A program made the position numbers and the translations under genes. From Octopus bimaculoides (Eukaryota): a DNA stretch of 64,000 nt. Under the pieces are notes generated by a model. It was not told the DNA's origin and did not search any database. It worked only from the letters and a program-made list of their open reading frames with translations. The stretch's first letter is position 1, and every line of letters starts with the position of its first letter. Of this stretch, positions 50,573 to 63,089 are shown piece by piece. The stretch lies in contig NC_069005.1 in NCBI RefSeq assembly GCF_001194135.2, positions 7,771,256 through 7,835,255 of the forward strand. The letters run 5' to 3'.

Positions 50573-50762
50573 CTTTCTTTGTTCTTTTTGGCGGAGAGGG
50601 AGGGGAATCTTTGACTTCCCCTTCTTCTGAAGACGAGGAGTCTTGAATTTTAGGAGCACAACCTTCAATCCGTAATTTCTTCACAGTGTTGCTCTCTTCC
50701 CCAGTATCTTTTGGTTGTCGGTAATTTTCAACATGGTTTACCCGTATTGTGCGACTTAGTAT
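50573..50762 (-). CDS. RBMX2: RBMX2 coding exon (end of RRM)
   Basis: TTGTAG|ATA acceptor, AAG|GTAAAA donor; 190 nt. Translates ILSRTIRVNHVENYRQPKDTGEESNTVKKLRIEGCAPKIQDSSSSEE (human: IKGRTIRVDHVSNYRAPK..EKGC). Confidence 0.95.
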
Positions 50763-51158
50763 CTACAATACATGGAAAAAAGAAAGAAAAGGGCTTGAAA
50801 AAAAAGCAAAAAAGATTTTCAATATCTTATGAGAAGATTTAACCTTTTAGCATTTAAAACAGCCATGTCTGGCCCAAATATTCTACTTGTTTTATGTTCA
50901 AACTATCTTGATCTGGCTTATCGTACCTAACTTACAATCTCATTCTAAAAATAAAACAATCACATCATTGAACTCTCAAAGCCACAAGATAATGCTTGAT
51001 TAATTCAAAATGTCCAAGGAGGAATATATACACCAGAGAATCGGCCCTATGATCCTTATGGAGTAATGTGGATCAATCAAGGGACCACGTGGTGATAAGC
51101 TCACTGGTTTGTGCTAATATTTGATAAAATCATAGGTATGGAGGAGTAGTTCACTTAC

Positions 51159-51288
51159 CTTTATACCGTTAAGGTTGTCAACAGCCAGAACTGTACTTCT
51201 TTGGTCTTCATAGCAGAGAAAGCCATAGCCCAATGACTGACCAGTTTTCTTATCCCGAACCAGGTTAATGTTCACAACTTCACCATAT
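51159..51288 (-). CDS. RBMX2: RBMX2 coding exon (RNP1)
   Basis: TTTTAG|A acceptor, AAG|GTAAGT donor; 130 nt. Translates [43 protein letters not shown]. Confidence 0.97.
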
Positions 51289-52346
51289 CTAAAATTAGAC
51301 ATCAATGAAATAACAATGAATCAGGGAGTTTGTGTTGACCAAGTGATTAACTGTTATGTTATAAACTCAGACATTTCCATTTTCTTGGTTCTAGAATACA
51401 AAACTTCATCAATATTATCATCATTTAACCCTTTTGTTACTGTATATATTCTGAGATGCTCTGTGTTTCTTTCAATTAATTTTAAATATAATAAAGAATT
51501 TAGTAAAATAACTTAGTTATCGTTAAGTTAGTGTTAGGAACATAGATTGTGACTAAGGTTTGGGGGAAGATTTTAATTCAAAACTTATGAAAACAAGACA
51601 TTTGTACTTAGAGCCAGAGCTAGTTTCAGTTGGGTTGCTTTCCATGCTGGCATGGGTTGGACAGTTTGACATGGAGCTGTCCAGACTCCAATTGTCTGTT
51701 GTGTCATGGTTTCTATGGATGGATGCCCTTCCTAATGCCAACCACTTAAGAAAGTGTGCTGGGTGCTTTTTACGTGTCACATTCATATTTAAACTGAAAC
51801 ATTACACCATAATTTTACATGCAAGAACCCATTAACCCTTTTGATACCAACCCACCTCGGAACTCCGATTCTCAGATGCAAAATTCCTGATCTAACCCTT
51901 TAGCATTCAGATTATGACGAAGTTATTTTACTAAATGCCTCATTACATTCAAAAGTAATTGAAACAAAGGCAACATATTTCAACAGAAATATGGTAATGA
52001 AAGGATTAAGTTATGTCCCAAATATAGTGACTAAGTTATAATGGCAAATATAGTTAAATCCTTCTAAATTTTCGATTATTTAAAAAATTAATAGAAATAC
52101 ATTGGCATTTTGTTTCATTAGAAACAATGTCAGAAAATACTTTTGGAGTTAGCTTTCCACTTGAAGAATCAAGTAATCAAGTTTAAAGGGAATAATAATC
52201 ATTTCCTTCAATTTCTAGATAGAAGCAAATAGAAAATAACATTTACTGACCAAACACAAAAAAACTATTACAATTTTATTACACAGTGTAATACATCTTA
52301 CATTCAACACACACACACACACACACAGACCAAACATAAGACTTAC

Positions 52347-52505
52347 TGTGAAAATACGCAGATCACATCTCCTTCTGTCAAATCATAAGGGAGTCCACCA
52401 ATAAATATCCAGGCACTGTCTTTGTACTGGTCGTGCCAAGATTTTTTGCCAACTAAACCCAATTCTAGTTCCTTTTGACTAAGTTTCTGGATGTTCTTCA
52501 CATTC
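52347..52505 (-). CDS. RBMX2: RBMX2 coding exon (N-terminus, RNP2)
   Basis: TTTAAAG|G acceptor, CA|GTAAGT donor; 159 nt. Translates NVKNIQKLSQKELELGLVGKKSWHDQYKDSAWIFIGGLPYDLTEGDVICVFSQ. Confidence 0.97.
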
Positions 52506-52969
52506 CTTTAAAGAAACAAAAATAAGATATATATATATAGTTACAGGCGTAGCTGTGTATAGACGCAGAGATGACTGTGTGTTCAGAAGTTTGCTTCTCA
52601 ACCACATGGTTCTGGACTCAGTCCTACTGTGTGGCACCTTGCGCAAGTGTCTTCTACTATAGCTTCAGGCTGACCAAAGCCTTGTCGGTGGATTGGGTAG
52701 AGGGAAACCGAAAGTAGCCAGTCGTATATGTGTACGTCTTTGCGTCTGTTTGTCCCACACCATTGCTTGACAACTGGTGATGGTGTCTCAGGGCTACACT
52801 GATACTTTGGCATCACCTTCAAGAGATTTCTCAGTTGATTATATTTATCTCTTCTATTTACGGAACAACTGAATTCACCTTTGCATAAAGCGACAAAACA
52901 CAATAAGGCAGTTTGTTCAATGATCTGATGATGAAACATGTGATAAACCAGATATATATGAGGAGTTGG

Positions 52970-53005
<36 letters not shown>

Positions 53006-55406
53006 GTATATATGACGAGCTGCTGTTTACCAAAATTCACAAAGCAATTGTCACTAGTTAGCCTGAGATTCAGACAGAAGACACTTGCTTAAGATGTGTA
53101 GTGTAATCAAATTTGGAAACGTGTGGTTAGGAAATTGTACTCTTTAACCACACAGCCATGCCTGTATAATAATTAAAACAAATTAATTAATTAATTAACA
53201 ATGAACATCTTTTTATATTATAAAATTTGTTAATATAAGAGCGATGTATGTACATGAATAATGTGTTCAGAGGAGTGAGAAGAAAGAGAAACAGGAAATG
53301 GAGAGAGAGAGAGAGGGGGGAGGGAGAGAGAGAGAGAGAGAGTAAGAATGGAGATTCAATATATGACCAACAAATAAGAAAACAATGCTATTTCATTTGC
53401 CAATTAGAGAAAATGTCATGTTGACATATTAGTATGCTTAGGCACATTGTATCCCATTGAGAGGGAGAAAACTCACATGGCGACATGCTGTACCTACAGC
53501 ATGCTAAAGGTTAACTCATCATTATCATTTCATCGTCTACATTTCCATGCTATCATAGGTCAGATGCAGGGTTGGACTTAATGTATGGGCCAATACAAGC
53601 TATGGCTCAGGAGTCCCTCTAACTCAAAGCCTAAAAGTTGGAGTTAAAAATTAAAAAAAAATATTTATAGCAATGAAACAAATCATTTGTAATTCTTTTT
53701 TTACTTGTTTAAATGTTTTTTCATTCAACACAGTTTTATTAAATTTATCAAACCCTCTTTTGGTCTATTGGGTCATTTTAGAGCTAAAAATTCATTAAAT
53801 TTAACTGAGTCCCCCTGAATCCACCAAGGCCATTAAAAATCTTTGGGGCCACTTCAAACTGTTTTGGATCCCTAGATGAAATGAGGCACTCTTTATTATC
53901 TTATGTTTTGAATTAGCAATATTGTAGAGGTCCCACTAGGTCTACAACCAGCCCAGGTCAGATTAGAGTACACTGTTTGGCAAGAGACTGATAGAATAAG
54001 TATCAGGCTTTAACAGAAAAAAGTACTGAGGTCGATTTGTGTGACTAAAATTCTTCCAGCATGGCCACATTCTAATGACTGAAACAAGTAAAAGACTAGA
54101 ATGTCTCTGACCATAGTTACGCTGGATCAGGGTTCACTCAGATCTAGACAACAAGAAGATGTGGTTGGAGTAAGAATACAAATTAAAACATCACTGATCA
54201 ACATAAACTGACTTTACAGAAGTGGGACCATAATTTTAGGTCTACTGTAGTGGTGTCTTGTTGTGTTTCTGGACATAGTTTGCCCAGCTATTAGGAAAAT
54301 GTACCATATTATAGGTGATGTACTACCAACAGAGTTGTTACATTGTTAGATAGCATGCTTTGCAATATTTCTTTACACTCTTAGAGTTTTGAGTTCAAGC
54401 CCCACCAAGGTCAACAATCTTTCATCCTTTCAGTGATGGATTAGCAGAATTGTCAGAGCACGATAGAGGATGCTTTATGGAATTTTCCTGGGTTCAAATC
54501 TCACCTCCTGTCACGAGGGGTGGGGTGGGGAGAGGAAAGAACCCCAGCAATATTTTTGTTAGGAGTTGTGATCAACAGATAGCATGAGAACTGGAGAAAC
54601 GAATTGAAACATAGTTTCCTTGGTTTGACCAGAATATCAGCTGTGATCACCCCCAACAAATCCTCAAACTGTTAGTAAAGACAGACTTGTATTCTGTATT
54701 GGTGGGCAGATAGCAGAGCTGGTAGAGTATCATGTAAAATGCATTGAGGAATTTATGGGCTACATTCAGACTTCAATTACTGCCCAGGTTTCATAAATAC
54801 CTGCTGACAGAAAAAAATACTGGAGTCAAATGCTATTGACCATAATCTAGGGAACCAGTCAAAGAATCTACATAGGAAATACTGTTTTACGATCTGGGGC
54901 ACTGCTGCTACAAAGCGCACAAACCTCAAAATGAAGGCCATCACACTGTAGTATCTGGCCCAAAGATGCAACATCTCCTTTCTCTGCCCTATTTTGTTAT
55001 TACTACCATGCTTCTGCTTCTCTGAAGTAGCTAGTTGCATATCACCTTCATCAGTTTCTCCTCTACTATATCTCACACTTCAGGGCAAGTTACTTATCTC
55101 ACCCCAACCTATCCTTCAACACCACCAGAGCTTTAGTTCTCTGAAATTTATACTCCATTCACATTTTCCCAGTAGACATTCACTTTCAAATGTTCAATTC
55201 AACATAAACCAGAATGGTTGTTCTCTGTAGTCTCTCAGAAAGCCTACAAAGACTAGAAGAGGGAACAACCCTTTTGCAGGAAGTAAACATTAAAAGAATA
55301 ATAACCCCTGCCCCCTCTTATCTGCTTCATGCAATGAAACTGGAGCCAGCTGTCAGCCCTCAAAAAGCTCTTGTGAAACAGGATGCAGTTCATATTTCAT
55401 CATATA

Positions 55407-55785
55407 GGCACAGGAGTGGCTGTGTGGTAAGTAGCTTGCTTACCAACCACATGGTTCCGGGTTCAGTCCCACTGCGTGGCACCTTGGGCAAGTGTCTTCT
55501 ACTATAGCTTTGGGCTGACCAAAGCCTTGTGAGTGGATTTGGTAGACGGAAACTGAAAGAAGCCCATCATATATATGCATATGTATGTGTGTGTATATGT
55601 TTGTCCCCCAACATCGCATGACAACCGATGCTGGTGTGTTTACGTCCCTGTAACTTAGCAGTTCGGTAAAGGATACCGATAGAATAAGTACTAGGCTTAC
55701 AAAGAATAAGTCCCGGGGTCGATTTCTTCGACTAAAGGCGGTGCTCCAGCATGGCCACAGTCAAATGACTGAAACACATAAAAGA
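55407..55785 (+). mobile_element. SINE family A, young full-length copy
   Basis: Intact head, CORE-like block, internal microsatellite and tail; CpGs largely retained. Confidence 0.9.
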
Positions 55786-55965
55786 GTATATGCATAAGAT
55801 GACATAGATATTTCATATTATAAATTATTAGGGTAGCTGAATCAATGGGTTAATTTATTTATAATTATATTGCTGATTATAGGTTAACAGGCTTTATCAC
55901 TGGTTCAGTTCATTTCTCATGTCAAAAGTGTCTGTGCAAATCAAGCAGATTAAATACCACAAAGT

Positions 55966-57170
55966 ATTGGGTCATTCCATAAATAATGCAGCTATTTTCA
56001 ACTGCATGAACCAAAAGTCGTTGGGGACAGGATAGACTACCTGCATCAACTTCCTATAAAAGCAGGTAGTAATTTTATCTTGTCCTTATTCTTAGTGCAA
56101 GTTTTGAAGAGTGCAGTTCGATTTTAACAGTTATTTTTTCAAAGCTGTAGTGGAAGTGACAAAGGAGCATATTCAGCATATTTTTAGCTTTGTGAGTTCA
56201 ATAAAGGCAACAACGCAACGGAAAGTGCAAGGAATATTAATTATGGAGATCGGACAATAAGTGTAAGCAAGTGTCAACACTGGTTCCAGAAATTCTGAGC
56301 TAAAAACTACAGCCTAGAAGATGAGCCTCATCCTGGACGATCTGTAGAGCTTGATGAGGACATCCTGCAAACCCTGGTGGAACAAAATCCCATTGTAACT
56401 GTTGAGGAACTAACAGAGAAGCTTGGATTTGGTCATTCAACTAATCATCAACAGCTGCGTGCCATTGGAAAAGTCAGCAAATTGGGTCAATGGGTTCCTC
56501 ACAAACTTTCCGAGTCTAATCGCATGCAGAGAGTGAATGTGTGCTCTTCTTTGCTGCCACATCTCACGAATGAACCTTTTTGGGATTGAATAGTGACTGG
56601 TGACGAGAAATGGGTTCTCTATAAAAATGTCAAATGCTGAAGACAGTAGGTAGGGAAAAGGAGAAACACTGGCACCCCAGGCTAAAGAAGGTCTTCATCC
56701 ATGTAAGGTGTTGTTATCTGTTTGGTGGGATATGAAAGGTTTAGTCCTCTTTGAACTTTTAAATCCAAACCAAACGATAACAAAGGAGATCTACTGTGAG
56801 CAGCTTGAGCGGCTTAAGTCAGCGCTAGAAGAAAAACGACCATCTTTGGTTTCAAATGAAAGGTTTTCTTTCATCTGGATAATGCTCGGCCACATACAGT
56901 AAAGATGACATTCCAAAGGCTGGAATAGTTTGAATGGAAAATGATGACCCACCCACGATATTCATTGGACATTGACCCATCTGATTATCATTTATTCTGC
57001 AAAATCATTTGGACGGAAAAATATGAACTCTGTAGATGAGGTCAGAACAGTACTGGAAGAGTATTTTTTGCTATGGACAAGTGAATTTTGGAAGAGGGGC
57101 CTTGCAAGTTTACCAGATACAAGGAAGGGCATTGTAGAAAACGAAGGAGGTTGTTTTTTGGGATTGTGAT
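55966..57170 (+). mobile_element. Mariner (DD34D) transposon fossil
   Basis: WVPHKL (56491-56508), IVTGDEKW, VWWDMKG and DNARPH...HPRYSLDIDPSD with exactly 34 residues between the second and third Asp; in-frame stops and frameshifts. Confidence 0.92.
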
Positions 57171-58244
57171 TGTTTTTTGTGACATTCTAATCACACACAC
57201 ACAATGGCATCCTGCATGGTTTTCCCCTCTCAAATTTCACAAAGTATTGGTTATCCTAGGGTGATAGTGGAAGACACTGTACTACTGTGCAGTGAGATCA
57301 AATCAGGAAGCACATGGTTGTAAAACAAACATTTATGCACACAGCCATGGGTGTCCCTGACATGAAACTATGAGTCTACCAAGATGTAGCAGAATAGTGA
57401 TACTAACAGAAACACAAATCAATATATATATTAGCAACAGAGGCAGTATTAATACTGAAAGGTAATATTTATTCCCACCTGAATGTGGATGTTAGAAAAA
57501 CTATACTGCGGTAGATATCATGAGATAAATTCTCACATTAGCTTTTGGTACAAAATGCTCTCTGTCATTAATATTTTTTAACAAGCCCACCGGTTAATTG
57601 TAACACCAGTGCTTGTTCTGGCACTGTTTTTCTATATATCGCTGACAGAGACAGGCTGCTATTTCTAGCGGCTGAGCATTCATCATTGGACAAGAAAGGT
57701 TGAAATTGTGATCTGGTGGTCCTGGTGCTGGAGATAGTGGGGATTTATCTCCCTGCTAGTGATATGAAATCCATTTTGCTCTATCACATTAAAATTTTTC
57801 CCAAACTCAAATGACCATTTTTCACCATATCTAAGGATAGAATTGGTTAAATCAAATGCAGCTGGACATAATGTTGAAAACATAACTTTTCAATATCATT
57901 GAAAGTAAATGCAACTACAAAAGTGGAAACAAGTCATATCGACAGAAATGTTCCTTATACAATTAGATGTTAATAAACATCACATTCCTGTGGCTCTTGA
58001 CATTATACATGTCCCATGTTTGTGGAATTTTCCTGCAGATATGCTTATGCTGTGCTTGATTTAGTATAAATATAATTGCAAACCAGGAGAGTCAGGCTTT
58101 GTTGAACCTTTAACTACTTCTTATGAAAATTGGTATTATGAATGCTCCCTTAATGTTTTAATTGTGAGGTCACAAGGGTCAAGCTTTGTCAAAGAGCTGT
58201 ATATACTCTTTGCCGTCACAAATCTGCATTTGCTCACTTTATAA

Positions 58245-58399
58245 CTCTTTTACTTGTTTCAGTCATTTGACTGGGGCCATGCTAGAGCACCGCCTTTTAG
58301 TCGAGCAAATCGACCCCCAGGACTTATTCTCGGTAAACATAGTACTTATTCTACCGGTCTCTTTTGCCGAACCGCTAAGTTACGGGGACGTAAACACAG

Positions 58400-58438
<39 letters not shown>

Positions 58439-58600
58439 CATACAACGGGCTTCTTTCAGTTTCCACCTACCAAATCCACTCACAAGGCTTTGGTTGGCCC
58501 GAGGCTATAGTAGAAGACACTTGCCCAAGGTGCCACGCAGTGGGACTGAACCCGGAACCATGTGGTTGGTAAGCAAGCTACTTACCACACAGCCACTCCT
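58245..58600 (-). mobile_element. SINE family A, young copy (inverted relative to 55407)
   Basis: The first ~95 nt are identical to the 55407 copy; the middle has a small deletion. Confidence 0.9.
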
Positions 58601-61559
58601 GTTGACAATTCTGAAAAAGATTTTCCCAGATGACAACTGGCTCGAATACGTTTTGTATTTCAGAAATGGTGTGTGTGTGTGTGTGTGTGGTGATCAAGTA
58701 AGTTTCATATGTCAAAGTACAGAGTACTCAATACAATAAATATAAACTTTATTATGATTATAGATCACCTGTGAATCTGCATTACTCAGTGTCAAAGATA
58801 CTCAAGGTGGCTGAGTACTTATTGACAAGTTTTTCCAACTGAATAGAAAATTTAATTTTTTAACATCACAATTATCCATTTTCCAGCCTAACTAAGAATA
58901 AACTGAAGATCGATCAATCAATATTTTTTATTGATAATTTAGGCATTACAGAGTTAAGCTGAAAGTAAGATACAATTATTTCACTTTAACCTCTTATAAT
59001 TTTTTGAATCTTCTAGCATTCAGATTATTGTCAAATGCATTGCTTATTTATTCACATTGTTTTGAATAATCACACACTTTCTTGTATCTTGTAGCTTCAA
59101 GATTTTGATGTGGCTGTTCATTTTTAGAATGACATTGTAGGTTAGGTGTGAGAGGCTGGATCTGGCCAGTTTGAACATAAAATAGGTAGAATATTTGGGC
59201 CAGATATGGCTGGTTTAAATGCTAATGGGTGAATTGTTTTTAAGATTATATATAAATGCAAAGAAAAAAAAAACAGGAAAAATAACAAAAGTCAAAGGGA
59301 TGTACACAGTGAATGTATTAGATTGATGCTCAGAGAAAGGTTTAAGATAGGAAAAAAAAAAAAAGGANNNNNNNNNNNNNNNNNNNNNNNNNNNNNNNNN
59401 NNNNNNNNNNNNNNNNNNNNGGGGGGGGGGGGTGACTTTCTGAGCCTGGCTCTTCATCAGAAAGCAGAAAGTGGAAAAAGTCTGGAGAGAAGGAAACGTG
59501 TGTGTTGTTACATGGCTGAAGAATAATACACACACACATACATACACAACGGGCTGCTATGAAGTTTCCATCTACCAAATTCACTCACAAATCATTTGTC
59601 AGTCCAGGGTTCTATGGCAGGAGACATCTGGGCAACTGTCTTCTGTTATAGAAGACACTGGACAGTGAGAATGAACATGAAACCACATGGTTACAAAGCA
59701 AACTTCTTAACCACACAGCCATGCCTATACCTGTAATTGTTCTATAATTATTTTGCAGGTTTCATACATTGTAATGAATTTATTCTGCTCCATGCATGGT
59801 CAGATGGTTTTGATCTATTGTTAAATGGTTGGATAGCTTTTGCAAATTTCGACAGTTCCATGCAAGAGGAGAATATACATTAGGGACGGAGGATGAGAGT
59901 ACTTCTCAAAAGCCAACCAATTGTCTGTAGAGTGGGAAATGTAAAATATAGAGGTGGCGATGATGATGTCGTCACCATAGTTTTTATTTTCGTTCTTTTG
60001 TTTCGGTAATTTGACCGTGGCCAAGCTGGAGCACTGCCTTAAAGGCTTTTAGTCGAAGAAATTGAATCTAGGACTTAATCTTTGTAAGCCTAGTAATTAT
60101 TCTATTGGTCTCTTTTGCCAAACCGCTAAGTTACGGGGACATAAACACACCAGCATCGGTTGTCAAGCAACGGCAGGGCAATAAACACAGACATACACAT
60201 ATATATACGACAGCTTGAAGCTATAGTAGAAGACACTTGCCCGAGGTGCCACACAGTGGGACTGAACCCGGAACCATGTGGTTGGTAAGCAAGCTACTTA
60301 CCACACAGCCACTCCTGTACATTCACTTTTCCATGCTCACATGGGTTGGTTAGAATTTTCTATAGCTGGACACCCTTCCTGTTGCCAACCCTCACTCTCT
60401 CCTCTTGCTCTTCCCTCTGGCTAGGTAACCAAGTATCTCCTTAACAACAGCACACCTGTTCCTGTCCTTCCTTGTTACCTCTCTCTCTCTGGCTGGGTAA
60501 TCACGTACATCCTCAATAGCAAGACACCTGTTTCTCTCTCTGTCACATTCTAACCTTTCATCATCTGACACAAGATCACCTCCTCCATCCAATACTCCTT
60601 CCCCTATCAAAAATTCCTTGTCTTGCAAGTTACTCGGTGACCCTGTCAGTGCTGGTGCCACATAAAAAGCATCCAGCACACACTGTAAAGTGGTTGGCAT
60701 CCAAATGTAAAAACCTTGCCAAAACTGAGCTTGCCTGTGCTGGTGCCACATAAAAAGCACTCAGTCCACTCTGCGGGGTAGTTGATGTTAGGAAGGGCAT
60801 CCAGCTGTAAAAACCATGCCAAAAAAAAAAAGACACAAGACTGGTGTAGTCTTCTATCTGGCCGGCACCTGTCAAACCATCCAACTCATGCCAGCATGGA
60901 AGGCAGATGTTAAACAATGTTGATGATGACATTATCCAAGGTTTCCAAATTTTAAGTTGGTGGGATATGATGAGAGAAACTCGGCTGCTGTTTCTAGCAA
61001 GTCAAGCATCCATGTAGAGAACCGGCTAAAAATGGTAGCTATAATTATCAAAACTGCCAGTGTAGGCTGTTCTGTAGCTCTAGGTTATCTCTGATTGAGG
61101 CAACCAGTAAGCAAAAATATTCAAGCCATGATTGTCCTGCCATTTTGCATTATGTTTAACATTACACTAACCAATATGTGCTTCATTGTTTTTAAGGCAG
61201 TAGGGTGTAATTTGAGGGAGATTTGACTGCTAGTTTTAGCAGGCAGGGGTTCCTTCATGAGCTGTACAAGCTTTAAAATAACTACTAGAATTCTGTGCAC
61301 ACTTTCAATATAAGCTTTGTACTGTCTGTCATATGTAAGAAATCATGTCATAATAATACAATAGTCTGTGTACCCTATAAACCCTCATTGTAAAGAGGAA
61401 AAGTGAAGTAAAACGGCTGGAAGAATGGGAATATAGGTCAGACTAGTGTGGTTAATATGAGATTGAAGGTGAGGAAGAGAGAGAAATAAAGGTTATAGTG
61501 TGAGGAAGTCATAATACAGATGACAAGCAGAGGTTTGGCAGGTTAGAGAATAGCTAAAG

Positions 61560-61975
61560 ATATTGGTTTCCAAATTTGGCAAAGGTCCAGCAAGTTCGGG
61601 GCGGGGGTGGGGAGAAGTTGATTACATCAATCCCAGTCCTCAACTGGTACTTATTTCATTGACACCCACACTCCCCCGAAAGGATGCAAAGCAAAGTTGA
61701 CCTTGGCAGAATTTGAACTCAGGATGTAAAGATGGACAAAAATACTGCTAAACATTTTGCTGGTGTGCTATCAATTCTGTTGGCTCACCGCCTTTAGAAC
61801 AGCTAAAAATATCATTTCAAATTTTGGCACAAAGCCAGCAATTTTAGAGGAAGGAGTTAGTTCGCTGATACCACAGAGTTCTGTGTTGGAGTGGTACTTT
61901 ATTTTATTGACCCCCGAAAGGATGGAAAGCAAAGTTGAAGCTAGTAGAATTTGAACTCAGAGAGTAAAGAGCAGG
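61560..61975 (-). mobile_element. Two tandem SINE family B copies
   Basis: GAAAGGATG.AAAGCAAAGTTGA...AGAATTTGAACTCAG occurs twice. Confidence 0.75.
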
Positions 61976-62129
61976 ACAAAATGTAAAACAGGATTTGGAA
62001 ACTGTCTTGACAAAAGTTGTCAAAAAGTACAAATGGATTTCTTTAATACATGATATGAGATGCAAATGATTGAGAAACTTGAAAGAATTTTAAATATTTA
62101 CTTCACTTTTTGGCATTTAAAACAGCCGT

Positions 62130-62400
62130 CATCATCATCGTCGTTTAACGTCTGCTTACCATGCTGATATGGGTTGGATGGTTTGACTGAGGACTGGCAA
62201 GCCAGGAGGCTGCACCAGGCTCCAATATGATCTGGCAAAGTTTCTACAACCGGATGCCCTTCCTAACACCAACCACTCTGAGAGTGCAGCGGGTGTGTTT
62301 TATGTGCCACTGGCATGGATGGGGACCATTCAGGCGGCACTGGCAGTAGCCACGCTCAAATGGTGTTTTTTACGTGCCACTGACAAGGGTACCAGTTAGG
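62130..62400 (-). mobile_element. SINE family C
   Basis: Reverse complement of the 39455 copy. Confidence 0.8.
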
Positions 62401-62599
62401 TGGCCACAGCTACGATTTCACTTGGTTCAAAAGGTCTTCACAAGCATGACATATTTCCTGATGATTGAAGGGTGCTTTTAAACGGGCCAGTTATGCAACA
62501 CTGGCAATAGCCATGGCTATGATCTCACTTGGCTTGCCGAGTCTTCTCAAGCATGGCATATCTTCAAAGGTCTCAGTTACTTGTCATTGCCTCTGAGAG

Positions 62600-63089
62600 G
62601 CCCAATGGTACTGTCAATTCGAATAGCTGGTCCCTCTGTTGGGTCGACATTTGGCAGACTCTCTTTCATTCTCTTCATTTAGCAACCTTTCATAGTGGCC
62701 TCTCTCTTTGCAGCCTCATTAAATGCAAGTGAGCCATCATCCATGCGGACACATTTCTCTCCGGACATCATGATTCTCTCTCACACACACTGTCTTGCAA
62801 TTCAAAACACTTCAAGTCTCTGGTTCTCACAATGCAAAACATTGGCAAATTTTCTCTTACCCACTTCCCCTCTGGCTAAGTAGACCTGTCCCCTAGCTTC
62901 CCTTCTGTCAATCTCATACAGTTTCCTGCTACCACCACTCTTCCAGTCCTTCCATGCCTGTTTCTTTTCCCTAATGGCCCTGTCAACTACATTGTTCTAC
63001 CACCATGTTACCTAAGGTCAAGAAGGGACTTTGCACCAGCCATGGATCTGGTCGGTAGCCCTCAACAGGTTATCCCGTAGGAACCTCCA
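62600..63089 (-). mobile_element. RTE LINE ORF2 fragment (EN-RT linker)
   Basis: Minus-strand remnants WRFLRDNLLRATDQI, VDRAIREKKQAWKDWKSGGSRKLY and SLPNVDPTEGPAIRIDS, which runs into the motif seen at ~770. Confidence 0.75.

Noticed and set aside
52925-52942. CTGATGA-T-GAAACATGTG hammerhead-like string
   Set aside because: No stem II, G at the cleavage position and no stem I pairing in the flanks.
54777-55400. Unique-looking sequence with several 78-99 aa ORFs
   Set aside because: No recognisable domain, no consistent splice sites, and stops in the extended frames.
57683-57883. ORF containing RYGEK, echoing the RBMX2 exon start (TTAG|ATATGGTGAA)
   Set aside because: Similarity stops after ~14 nt and the rest is not RRM-like, so it is not a duplicated or mutually exclusive exon.
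59758-59883. Plus-strand TTTGCAG acceptor followed by a 41-codon frame
   Set aside because: No partner exons or homology recognised; expected by chance.
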